A stretch of DNA of 64,000 nucleotides. It comes from Tepidisphaera sp. (lineage in GTDB: Bacteria > Planctomycetota > Phycisphaerae > Phycisphaerales > UBA1924). Each line of letters starts with the position of its first letter. Position 1 is the first letter of the stretch. A model generated the notes under the pieces. The model was given only the letters and a program-made list of their open reading frames with translations, was not told where the DNA came from and did no database searches. The stretch spans positions 2,848,001 to 2,912,000 of the forward strand of contig CP051526.1 in assembly GCA_050916045.1 (NCBI GenBank), in the 5' to 3' direction. Positions 38,426 to 51,242 of the stretch are shown here, in pieces. The translations under genes and the position numbers were made by a program.

Positions 38426-38956
38426 CTACGCGATCGCTTCTGATGCCACATGCACCTTGGTGTGCGTCGCAGACGTCTCGGCGAGAAGCCGCTCGGCGCT
38501 CTTGACTTCTTCCAGCGAGCCATCCACCACAAGCAGGATCTTCTCCGCCCTGATCGCTGTTTCATACTGCAGAATGCTGTCGTTGGGAATCCCGATGCTG
38601 TAGAACGCGGCGCCGAGCGCACTCAGACCTCCGACGACCACCGCGCCCTCCAGCGCGCCGACGATCCACGCGACAATCGGCCCGGCGACCATCAGCGGAC
38701 CTACGCCCGGCACCCAGAAGAAGGCGGATCCAAAGAGCAGGCCCCACATCCCGCCCCAGAACGCACCGCTACCACCCCACGCCTTCATGCGGTCACCCGC
38801 GTTGTAGTAGCCCACAACGTGCTGCTCGCTGTGGAACCCGCGTCCTACGACCGACATGCGATTGAGGCTGATGCCACCCGCCTGAAGCGACTTGATCGCG
38901 GCTTCAGCTTGTTCCTGTCGGGCGAAGATGGAGACGACGGAGTGCGTGTTCGACAT
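38426..38956 (-). CDS. General stress membrane protein (DUF1269/YflT-like)
   Basis: AEAAIKSL..GG...SVVGR..HSE.HVVGYYNAGDRM..WG..GAFWGG.WGLLFG..PG.GP..AGP, SIGIP..S...YE. Confidence 0.88.
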   Translation of the reverse strand: MSNTHSVVSIFARQEQAEAAIKSLQAGGISLNRMSVVGRGFHSEQHVVGYYNAGDRMKAWGGSGAFWGGMWGLLFGSAFFWVPGVGPLMVAGPIVAWIVGALEGAVVVGGLSALGAAFYSIGIPNDSILQYETAIRAEKILLVVDGSLEEVKSAERLLAETSATHTKVHVASEAIA

Positions 38957-39427
38957 GTCGGTGCCTCGTGATCGTCATTGCACCAGCACGCCGGCATCTC
39001 TGTTGTGCGCAGCGTGAGCGTGAGATGATCAGAGGAACGCTCACAGACACGAGTGTTCTTCTCAACGGCGAACTTATCCCTCATTCCCTCTGTACAAGTC
39101 AGGTTGTTCAACCCGCCGCCAGTGGGCGGGGCGGAAGTGCTTCCACGCCGCCGGCGACCCGAGGACAAAGCTCCCGCCGATCTCCGTGAACGATCAGCTT
39201 CGATCGCACACCCATCGGGCCACCCCAAGCGTGGTCCGCCAAGCCTCCGATTCGACCCCGTACAGTCACGTTCGAGACTCCCAAGCCAAGAAGCCCAGGT
39301 TCGTTCGTCGGCAGACTGCCGCGCACCGAGGACCTTGCCTCCGCGCCGGATCAAGGGAGACATCCGTCCGTCGCCTGTTGTACGCGAAGAAGGAGTGCGG
39401 TAGTTCAGGAGAGGTGTTCGAAGCGGA

Positions 39428-40411
39428 TCACTCGCTCTGGATGAAAGCAAGAAGGTCGCGATTGATCGTCTCGGCGTTGACGGTGCACATGCCGTGCGAA
39501 AGCCCTTCGTACACCTTGAGCGTACCCCGCTTGAGCAGCTTGACCGCAAGCAAGGCCGAGTTCGCGATCGGCACGACCTGATCGTCGCTGCCGTGCATCA
39601 CAAGGGTCGGAACGTCGACCGTCCGCAGGTCCTCGGTAAAGTCCGTCTCCGAAAACGCCTTGATTCCGTCGTAGTGGGCCTTGGCTCCGCCCATCATGCC
39701 CTGCCGCCACCAGTTCTGGATCACCGCTTCCGAAGGCGCGGCGCCCGGACGGTTGAACCCGTAGAACGGCCCCGCCGCGATGTCGCGATAGAACTGGGCG
39801 CGGTTGGCTGCAAGCTGCTGCCGAAACCCGTCAAAGACCTCGATCGGCAAGCCGCCAGGATACGCCGCCGTCTTCACCATGATCGGCGGCACCGCTCCGA
39901 TGATCACGAGCTTCGCCACGCGACCGCGGCCGTGCCGAGCGACATACCGCGTCGCTTGCCCACCGCCGGTCGAATGGCCGATGTGCACCGCGTTCCGCAG
40001 GTCGAGATGCTCGACCAGCGCCGCCGTGTCCGCGGCGTAGTGGTCCATGTCGTGCCCGGTATCAACTTGGCTTGACCGACCGTGGCCGCGGCGGTCGTGC
40101 GCGATCACGCGATACCCCTTCTGCAGAAAGAACATCATCTGCGTGTCCCAGTCGTCGGCCGTCAGCGGCCAGCCGTGGTGGAACACAACCGGCTGCGCCG
40201 ACCTCGAGCCCCAATCCTTGAAGAAGATCTGAACGCCGTCCTTCGTCGTGACATGACTCATGTTCGCTTCTCCCGTGGGTTTGTCTTTGTTCTGGTCCGC
40301 GCGCTCGGACCCCGGGCCGGCGCAGGACAACAACGCCGAAGCCGTCAGGCCCGCTCCGGCGGCCATGACCTCGCGACGACTGATCAGACTAGATCGACTG
40401 GGTTCCATCAC
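39428..40411 (-). CDS. Non-heme chloroperoxidase-type alpha/beta hydrolase with a Tat/lipoprotein-like leader
   Basis: [38 protein letters not shown]; leader SRREVM..ALLSC. Confidence 0.93.
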   Translation of the reverse strand: MMEPSRSSLISRREVMAAGAGLTASALLSCAGPGSERADQNKDKPTGEANMSHVTTKDGVQIFFKDWGSRSAQPVVFHHGWPLTADDWDTQMMFFLQKGYRVIAHDRRGHGRSSQVDTGHDMDHYAADTAALVEHLDLRNAVHIGHSTGGGQATRYVARHGRGRVAKLVIIGAVPPIMVKTAAYPGGLPIEVFDGFRQQLAANRAQFYRDIAAGPFYGFNRPGAAPSEAVIQNWWRQGMMGGAKAHYDGIKAFSETDFTEDLRTVDVPTLVMHGSDDQVVPIANSALLAVKLLKRGTLKVYEGLSHGMCTVNAETINRDLLAFIQSE

Positions 40412-40525
40412 GCATGCCTCCCGGACGGCCCCTTGATACTGGGCCGCATTCCTAAGCGTGGAACCTGGACACCCCCCGCCACTTTGCGGTACGCCGAACG
40501 CGTTGACCCGTTACCATCCATCGAG

Positions 40526-41158
40526 ATGGACCAGACCCACACCACCGCGGCCATCCAGTCCTACCTGGATGAGCTCAAGGGCCTCAAGGGGGACGCTCCG
40601 TCCACCGAACCGGTGGTGCGTGCCCTCATCAGCAGGTCTGTCGAGCGCCTGAACGTGCTCTGCACCGCGATGCTCTTCCAAAGCTACGGCCGTCTCACCC
40701 GCCCACCGACCAACCTTCGCCCCGAAGAACTCCTCAGCGCCGTCGTCGAGCGCCTCCTGAAAGCTCTCAGCACGGTCCGCCCCGGCAACGTCCGCCAGTT
40801 CTTCGCGATCGTCAATCAGCACCTCCGCTGGGAGCTCAATGACCTGGCCCGACGCTTAGATCAACAGACCCGCGCCCTCTCCATCAAGGAGGAGCTTGTC
40901 CCCGCGCCGGAAACATCCGGTTCGGTCGCGTCCCTGAAAGCCCTCCGCATGCTCGAAGCCATCGAAAATCTGCCTCAGGAAGAACGCGAGGTCTTCGAGC
41001 TCGTCCGCATCCAGGGCATGACCCACCCCGAAACCGCCGAACTCCTCGGCATCTCGGCCAAGACCGTGCAGCGACGCTTGCAGCGAAGCCTCCTCACGCT
41101 TTCGGAGATGCTCCCCGACCTTCGTCCCGAGCAGGCCTCCCCCGAGACGGAGCGGTGA
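40526..41158 (+). CDS. ECF sigma factor (kinase-associated)
   Basis: Region 2 (QFFA..NQHLRWELNDLARR) and region 4 (LPQEEREVFEL..GMTH.E.A.LLG.S.KTV.RR); 4 bp upstream of the STK. Confidence 0.92.
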   Translation: MDQTHTTAAIQSYLDELKGLKGDAPSTEPVVRALISRSVERLNVLCTAMLFQSYGRLTRPPTNLRPEELLSAVVERLLKALSTVRPGNVRQFFAIVNQHLRWELNDLARRLDQQTRALSIKEELVPAPETSGSVASLKALRMLEAIENLPQEEREVFELVRIQGMTHPETAELLGISAKTVQRRLQRSLLTLSEMLPDLRPEQASPETER

Positions 41159-41162
41159 GGCC

Positions 41163-44100
41163 ATGGACGACACGCTGATCCGTCAACTGCTCGAAGAAAC
41201 GCTCGAATCCGGCCGCACGCCGGAAGACGTCTGCGCCGATCATCCCGAACTGCTCGCCGAGGTCCGGGATCGCCTCGCTCGCCTCCGCGCCATCGAATCG
41301 CAGGTCGAAGCCATCTTTCCCACACCCGCGCGCACCCGCTCCCGCGCCTACGGACCTCAGGTCATCCTCAGCGGCCGCCTCCCGCAGATCCCCGGCCACC
41401 ATGTCGAAGCCGTCATCGGCCGCGGCGGCATGGGCGTCGTCTATCGGGCCAAGCACGCCACCCTCGGACGCACCGTCGCCGTCAAAATGGTCCTCATGGG
41501 TGCCTACGCCCCCGCGAAGGACCTCCAGTCGCTCCTCCGCGAAGCCGAAGCCGTCGCCACCCTCCAACACCCCAACATCGTTCAGGTCTACGAGGTCGGC
41601 GAACTCGACGGCCTGCCCTACTTCACGATGGAGTACGTCGAGGGCGGCACCCTCGCAAGCAAGCTCTCAGGCTCACCGCAGGGTGCCCGAGCTTCGGCCT
41701 CGCTCGCCGCCATCCTCGCGGACGCGATGCAGACGGCCCACGACCGCGGCATCGTCCACCGCGACCTCAAGCCGACGAACATCCTGCTCACCGCCGACGC
41801 CATCCCCAAGATCGCCGACTTCAGCATCGCTCGAAACCTCGGCGCGGACCAGACCCTGACCCTCGGCGGAGCCCGACTCGGCACGCCGAGCTACATGGCT
41901 CCCGAACAAGCCGCCGGCACCGAAGGGGCGTTCAGCCCCGCCGTCGACGTCTACGCCCTCGGCGCGGTGCTCTACGAGATGATGACCGGCCGCCCGCCCT
42001 TCCGAGCCGACACCCCGTCGGAAACACAGCGGCAGGTCATCAAGGAATCACCCGCTCCGCCCTCGCGCCTCAACATGCGAATCCCGCGGGACCTCGAGAA
42101 CATCTGCCTGAAATGCCTCCACAAGGAGCCCGCCCGCCGATACGCCTCCGCGGCCGCTCTCGCCCGCGACCTCCGCCGGTTCCTCGCCGGCGAGCCCATC
42201 GAAGCCCGCCCCGTCGGCCGCATCGAACGCCTCGCCCGCTGGACGCGTCGCAATCCCACCGAGACCGCTCTCCTCGCCGCCATCCTCGCGCTCGTCGCCG
42301 TCGCCGGTTACGCCGGCGCACGAGAATGGGCCTCCCTCGCCGAACGCCAAGCCCAAGCCGCCCGCTGGGAAGACCGCCTCGGCACCATCATCGAACTCCA
42401 GCACGCAGGCCGCTTCGAAGAAGTCCGCGCCATCCTCGGCCGCGTCCCCGAAGCCGTCTCCACCCAGATGCGAGCCAGCGTCGAGCGTGCCCGCGCCGAT
42501 CTCGAGCTCGTCGAACGCCTCGACGCCATCCGCCACGGCCGCGACCGCTTCAAGGATGGCGGCGGACTCGACTACGACCTCCCCGCAGGCCAGTACCTCG
42601 CCGCGTTCAGCCAGGGGATCGGAACCTTCGACGAATCACCCCGCTCCGTCGCCGCAAAACACCAGAATTCCCCCGTCCGCAGCGCCATCGTCGCCGCCCT
42701 TGACGACTGGGCCGTCTGCATGACCGCCGAGCACCGCCCCTGGGTCCTCGAGGTCGCACGCTCTCTCGATCCCGATCCCTGGCGCGACGCCGTACGCGAC
42801 CCCGCCCGCTGGGCCGACGTCGACCACCTCGCGAGGCTCGCCACCGACCCCGCCGCCGAAAGCCAGCCCGTGACGATCCGCGTCGCCATGGCCACACGCT
42901 GGCGCCGACTCGGCGGCGACCCGACCCAGTTCCTCCTCCTCACCCAGCGCAGCCATCCCGATGACTTCTGGGTCAACTTCGAGCTCGGTCATCTCTACTT
43001 CGCCACAAGCCCCGAGACCGCCATCGGCTACCTCCGAGCCGCCCTCGCCGTACGACCCCACTCCGGAGCCGCCCAATTCAACCTCGGCGCCGCTTTCCTC
43101 AAGCTCGAGCAATGGGATCAAGCCCGCCATCACTTCGAACGAGCCCTCATCGACGACCCCGGACACACCTGGGCCCGCAGAAATCTCGCGCAGCTCCAAG
43201 CCCGCGCCGGCCAGTACGACCAGGCCATCGCGAATCTCCAGGCCGTGCTCGACCTCCATCCCGCCGACCTCGACTGCAGGCTCGCCCTCGGCGGCGCCTA
43301 CATCCGCTCCGGACGCGCGGAAGAGTGGCGAGAACGCTGGAAACGCGAGCTCGAAGCCCATCCGCACGACGCCGGCCGCTGGGACGGCTACGCCGAACTC
43401 TGCCTCTTCATGGGAGACCCGGACGAATACGACCGGGCCTGCGCTGAACTCATCCGCCAATCCCAAAGCACCACCGACCCACGGGCCTGCGAACGTGCGG
43501 GCCGCGCCTGCCTCCTCGCCCCCGCTCCGGAACCCCGCCTCCGCGAAGCGACACGGCTCATCGATCGGGCCCTCGCCGCCGATGAAGCGCAAGCACCGCT
43601 CTGGGCCCGGCCCTACTTCCTCTTCGCCAAGGCCCTCGCCGAGTATCGCGCGGGCCGCTTCGACGCCGCCAGGACCATCCTCGCGGGCGAAGCCGGAGGC
43701 ATCCTCGGTCCCGCTCCCGGCATGCTCCTCGCCATGACGGAACACCGCCGAGGAGCCCCCGCCGCCGCGAAACACGCGTACGACACCGCGCTGGCCGCCT
43801 TCGACTGGAACGAAACCAACACCGACACCCGCGAAGCCCAGATGTACCACATCCTCCGCCGCGAAGCCGAATCCCTCCTCCATCCCCCCGCCAAGGAGGC
43901 ACCCAAGGAGCCACCCAAGTCGAATCCCCACGTCGCACCGCTCAACACAAAGGGTCGGGGTGCCGCTTCGACCCCTCAAAGGCGAGCGTCCGGGAAAAGC
44001 GGCCCCTCGCCCGCCGCGTCGGCGTTCAGCCTCCCGGAGCATCCCGAGGAGCGGCGCATAACCGGATCTTTTCTTCCATTCTGCCCCCAAAGTGCTCCAC

Positions 44101-44342
44101 TTTGCCGGCAGAATGGAACATTCTGCCCCGAGCGCGGAGCATTTTGCCCCCGAAATGCTCCATTCTGCCCCCGTCGCGGAGCATTTTGCCGGCAGAATGG
44201 AGCATTCTGCCCCGAGCGCGGACCATTTTGCCCCCGAAATGTTCCACCTCGCCCCCTCCCCACCCTCCCCGGGCCCTCCCCAAAGCCCGACCCCGGCCCC
44301 AAACCCCCGCGCAGCTTCGGCCTTCCGATTCGGGTTGCATAA
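41163..44342 (+). CDS. Ser/Thr protein kinase with a TM segment and TPR repeats; C-terminus reads through a repeat array
   Basis: GRGGMG.VY, VAVK, HRDLKPTN, DFS (in place of DFG), GTPSYMAPEQ, DVYALG, a TM segment, and TPR-like helices. Confidence 0.95.
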   Translation: MDDTLIRQLLEETLESGRTPEDVCADHPELLAEVRDRLARLRAIESQVEAIFPTPARTRSRAYGPQVILSGRLPQIPGHHVEAVIGRGGMGVVYRAKHATLGRTVAVKMVLMGAYAPAKDLQSLLREAEAVATLQHPNIVQVYEVGELDGLPYFTMEYVEGGTLASKLSGSPQGARASASLAAILADAMQTAHDRGIVHRDLKPTNILLTADAIPKIADFSIARNLGADQTLTLGGARLGTPSYMAPEQAAGTEGAFSPAVDVYALGAVLYEMMTGRPPFRADTPSETQRQVIKESPAPPSRLNMRIPRDLENICLKCLHKEPARRYASAAALARDLRRFLAGEPIEARPVGRIERLARWTRRNPTETALLAAILALVAVAGYAGAREWASLAERQAQAARWEDRLGTIIELQHAGRFEEVRAILGRVPEAVSTQMRASVERARADLELVERLDAIRHGRDRFKDGGGLDYDLPAGQYLAAFSQGIGTFDESPRSVAAKHQNSPVRSAIVAALDDWAVCMTAEHRPWVLEVARSLDPDPWRDAVRDPARWADVDHLARLATDPAAESQPVTIRVAMATRWRRLGGDPTQFLLLTQRSHPDDFWVNFELGHLYFATSPETAIGYLRAALAVRPHSGAAQFNLGAAFLKLEQWDQARHHFERALIDDPGHTWARRNLAQLQARAGQYDQAIANLQAVLDLHPADLDCRLALGGAYIRSGRAEEWRERWKRELEAHPHDAGRWDGYAELCLFMGDPDEYDRACAELIRQSQSTTDPRACERAGRACLLAPAPEPRLREATRLIDRALAADEAQAPLWARPYFLFAKALAEYRAGRFDAARTILAGEAGGILGPAPGMLLAMTEHRRGAPAAAKHAYDTALAAFDWNETNTDTREAQMYHILRREAESLLHPPAKEAPKEPPKSNPHVAPLNTKGRGAASTPQRRASGKSGPSPAASAFSLPEHPEERRITGSFLPFCPQSAPLCRQNGTFCPERGAFCPRNAPFCPRRGAFCRQNGAFCPERGPFCPRNVPPRPLPTLPGPSPKPDPGPKPPRSFGLPIRVA
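44077..44244. repeat. 8 x 21-bp tandem array with an 84-bp higher-order period
   Basis: CA(T/C)T(C/T)TGCC core every 21 bp from 44077; units 2-4 recur nearly identically as units 6-8. Confidence 0.93.
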
Positions 44343-44381
44343 GGGGAGCCGTTCCGGGCAGCCCGGCAGACCCACCCGCGC

Positions 44382-44406
44382 CGATCGCCGGAGGAACCGG
44401 CGATCG
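44382..44406. terminator. Perfect 10-bp hairpin downstream of the STK (terminator-like or REP-like)
   Basis: CGATCGCCGG-AGGAA-CCGGCGATCG; no U tract. Confidence 0.4.
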
Positions 44407-44550
44407 ATGGCACGACGGGCCTCCTGAAGCCATCGGTGCCACCCGCCCCCCAAGTAAACACCTGGTACCCCGCGGCTTACTCTCTCTATTCAGGCTCGCA
44501 AGGCATGGTACATTGGAGAGCACGCCTTTGACCACCCATGGAGCTCTTCG

Positions 44551-46575
44551 ATGATGACTGGGAATCGAACCTTGAACCACAGCCTGCTTGCTCGCTCGAT
44601 CTTGTGGGTGACTGCTTCGCTGGCCGCGCTCGCGGGGGGTTGCATCGATGCTCTCTTTGACGATAACTCGATCAGCTACCCTGAAGCGCGCACGCCAGCG
44701 GTGCAGGCTGTCGTTGAGATTGCCAAAGCCAACGGCTGGGACAAGCATCATCGGCTCACGTTTGGCGCAGTAGATGCCCAGCTAGACGACATTTACCTCC
44801 TTGAGTCTGACACACGTTTTCGCTTTGACGATTGGTGGAATGATGGGGGCGAGGGCAAGTTTGTTGCCGCGTGCCTGATTCTTCAGCAGAGCAAGCGTCC
44901 AGATCGGGAGACCATTGCGCGAAGGCTCCTCGAGGAAGGACGCGACCGCGGGGATGGTTTATGTATCTTGTCTTTGGGGTGCTGGGACGCCATTGGTCCG
45001 CAAGCATCGATCAGCCCTCTGAACATCTCAGCCGAGGGCCTCAAGGACCCTGCCGCGTTAGCCACAGCGGTCGAGCTGGCTGTGAGAGCGCCAGCACCGG
45101 CATTTCCGGAGAACATCCTTGACTTCTATCCGATCCTCGCCGAAAGGGGTGTTATCTCGGCGGAGGCAGCGTGGGAAACGTTGTGCCTGATAGGCAATAC
45201 CGGAGCAATGCCCGGCGCGTCTTTCTCTCCGATGTTCGAAAAGCTGCAGGCGTCCTACAAGGTCGGTGCGAACGGTCAGAGCTCACCCGATGAGTCGGTT
45301 CGCAAGGAGTGGGATAGTTACGAGAATCGGTCAATTGTGAATCCTTTGGGCAGTCAGGGGCGTGCAAGTTGGTCTCACATCCATGGCCCCAACGGCTGGC
45401 GAAGCAGTGGGGAGCGGCTTGCGATTGCGAAGTGGTTGCGAGACAAGTCTCGAACCGGTTGGCTGACGATCCCCGCCCAGCCGTTCCTCGCAGACAATCC
45501 GCCTGACCTGAAGCCGAGAGAATTTTGGAATCTGGCGAGTTACTGGCATGGCAATCGCAGCACTTCGACCTGGGAGATGAAGGAACTCGCCTGGCGGCAA
45601 CAGATTCGTAAGGACGAGGCGATGGTTGTCAATCGTGAGCGAAAAGTCGCTGAGCAACGTGCGTTCTTTGACGCTAAGTTTGGCGACGGCAGCGCTCGGA
45701 GGGCATCGCGTGAGGCTGCCAACGCCCAAGAGCAGCGTCAACAGTGGCAGCAGTTCAAGGATCAGTACGCTCCCGGCGGTGGCATCCAAGGCGAGTTGAA
45801 TCGCCAGAACGAACGATTGCTCGGCGGTGCGGGTGGCACGACGCGCTCCCCCTCGCGCGATCCCGAGCCGGGCGTCAACAAGACGGTGATCTACGAGAAG
45901 GACAAGGAACCCAAGGTCATCGTTCACCAGGAGCCGCCCCCCAACTCGACCGTGATCTACGAGAAGGGTAAGGAGCCCCGGGTTGAGACCTCGGCGCCGA
46001 GCGGTTCGGGAGGCGGCCTCAAGCCCCAGACCAACACTCCAGGACAGAAGAACGGCTGGGATCGCACCTACTTCGACGATGGGCGTGTGCAGACCGAGGT
46101 GTACTACGTCAACGGAAAGAAGAACGGCGAGTTCCGCCGATACGACATCCGAAGCCTCAACGAGTTCCGCACCCCGATCCACGGCCACTACTTCCTTCTG
46201 GAGTCCGGTCAGTATGAGAACGACCAGAAGACGGGAGAGTGGAAGCAGTGGGCGACCAGCGCGTATCTCGACAAGCCCTATCTCGAGCAGTCGCAGTGGT
46301 ACTCGCGCGGGATCTTGAACGGAACTCGAACGAGGTGGGATTCGGCCTACTTCTGCGGAGGCCGCGTCCATAAATCGCTCGAAGAGGAGTATGTGGATGG
46401 CAAACTGAGCGGCGAGAGACGAGAGTACGAGTACGACTGCGCCCTCACAATGGAGCAGATCAAGCGGTCCACGATGTACCTTTACGGCAAGAAGAACGGC
46501 CCGCAGATCGAGTATCGCGGGGGCGTTCCCCACTCCACCACCAACTACATCGACGGCGAGAAAGTCGGCAGGTAA
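44551..46575 (+). CDS. Hypothetical lipoprotein with C-terminal MORN-variant (YwqK-like) repeats
   Basis: Lipobox-like LAGGC; C-terminal repeats G.KNG..R.Y..G....E..Y.NGK.NG. Confidence 0.8.
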   Translation: MMTGNRTLNHSLLARSILWVTASLAALAGGCIDALFDDNSISYPEARTPAVQAVVEIAKANGWDKHHRLTFGAVDAQLDDIYLLESDTRFRFDDWWNDGGEGKFVAACLILQQSKRPDRETIARRLLEEGRDRGDGLCILSLGCWDAIGPQASISPLNISAEGLKDPAALATAVELAVRAPAPAFPENILDFYPILAERGVISAEAAWETLCLIGNTGAMPGASFSPMFEKLQASYKVGANGQSSPDESVRKEWDSYENRSIVNPLGSQGRASWSHIHGPNGWRSSGERLAIAKWLRDKSRTGWLTIPAQPFLADNPPDLKPREFWNLASYWHGNRSTSTWEMKELAWRQQIRKDEAMVVNRERKVAEQRAFFDAKFGDGSARRASREAANAQEQRQQWQQFKDQYAPGGGIQGELNRQNERLLGGAGGTTRSPSRDPEPGVNKTVIYEKDKEPKVIVHQEPPPNSTVIYEKGKEPRVETSAPSGSGGGLKPQTNTPGQKNGWDRTYFDDGRVQTEVYYVNGKKNGEFRRYDIRSLNEFRTPIHGHYFLLESGQYENDQKTGEWKQWATSAYLDKPYLEQSQWYSRGILNGTRTRWDSAYFCGGRVHKSLEEEYVDGKLSGERREYEYDCALTMEQIKRSTMYLYGKKNGPQIEYRGGVPHSTTNYIDGEKVGR

Positions 46576-46595
46576 GTGGCCTCGGCCGGACAATA

Positions 46596-46719
46596 CCGGG
46601 TGCCACGATCATCCGGTCTTCCGGATGGTCGTGGAGAGCCGCGCGTCGCCAGATGAGGATTCGATCAAGGGTGCACGCTGATCCACGACCATCCCGAAGC
46701 GGGAGATCGTGGCACCCGG
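46596..46719. repeat. Inverted pair of REP-like hairpins (REPIN/BIME-like)
   Basis: 15-bp terminal inverted repeat CCGGGTGCCACGATC / GATCGTGGCACCCGG. Each arm is itself a hairpin (CCACGATCATCCGG-TCTT-CCGGATGGTCGTGG; CCACGACCATCCCG-AAG-CGGGAGATCGTGG). Confidence 0.75.
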
Positions 46720-46823
46720 CGTGCCGATCGACCCGCTTCCGCCAAAGCGACCGACCCCGCGCGACGGGTTGACGCCGGACGCGGGCACGCCCCAAGCACC
46801 GACGTGACATCGTGCTCGGGCGA

Positions 46824-46860
46824 CCATCCACCACCCTCCGAAGCGGAGGGTGGTGGATGG
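46824..46860. terminator. Perfect 17-bp hairpin between convergent genes
   Basis: CCATCCACCACCCTCCG-AAG-CGGAGGGTGGTGGATGG. Confidence 0.6.
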
Positions 46861-46907
46861 AGCTTTGAAACACCGAGGCGACCTGCGACCCCGCCGGCGG
46901 CCCGCCC

Positions 46908-50446
<3,539 letters not shown>

Positions 50447-50450
<4 letters not shown>

Positions 50451-51061
50451 GGGGCTCCGCTCGCCTTCCCGAGCAGCGTGTGAAGCAGCGCCCGCGCAAA
50501 TCGCCACTCACGCTCGACCGTGCTCAGGGAGATCTCCATCGCCGCGGCCGTCTCTTCGGCCGTCAGCCCGGCGAAGTAGCGGAGGCGAACGATCTGAGCT
50601 TTCCGGGGGTCCATCGCTTCCAGTTCCGCGAGCTTTTCGGCGATGGCTTCCACATCGTCGTCCGCTTCCGCCGGCCCGATGGCGGCGTCGTGATCCTGGA
50701 TCGCCTTTCCCCTGCTTCCCGAACCGCGCTTGAGGGCGTTGCGCTGCCGGGCGTACTCGACGAGGATGTCCTGCATCGCGCGAGCGGCGGCGAAGAAGAA
50801 GTGCCTGCGATTCTCGTACGCGGCCGCGTCCTTCCCGACGAGCTTGAGAAACGCCTCGTGCACCAGCGCGGTCGCTTGGAGCGTCCGGCCGCCGGCTCCG
50901 GGCGTGTCGCGGAGCTTGCCCGCCGCCAACCGCCGCAGTTCGTCATAAAGCAGGGGAAAGAGGCGGTCCGCGGCGAGGGGATCCGCGGGCGAACACCCGC
51001 GCAGAAGCAGCGTGATCTCGTGATCCGGATCCCCGGGATGGCCGCTCTTCGCCGTGGTCAT
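50447..51061 (-). CDS. ECF sigma factor (TIGR02999-like, kinase-associated)
   Basis: LFPLLYDELRRLA, TLQATALVHEAFLKL, HFF.AAA.AM..ILV.YAR...A.KRG, LRYFAGL, TVEREWRFARA. Confidence 0.95.
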
Positions 51062-51242
51062 GCTGAAGCGTCAGTATACGGAATCGCACCCATCCTGCGC
51101 GACTCGCACATCGGGGTCCCAGCCGTCCGCCTTGCTCCGAGACGCCTTGCACGAAAGAAGCACCGGCCGAGAGCGGCCGGTGCTTGGAACTGCGAACCTT
51201 GAGTTGACCGGCCGCGATCGCCCGCGAACGGTCGGGCTTGCT

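Noticed and set aside
38960..39420. ORFs or ncRNA in the 460-bp gap upstream of the general-stress gene
   Set aside because: Only short GC hairpins and motif-less ORFs; probably promoter sequence.
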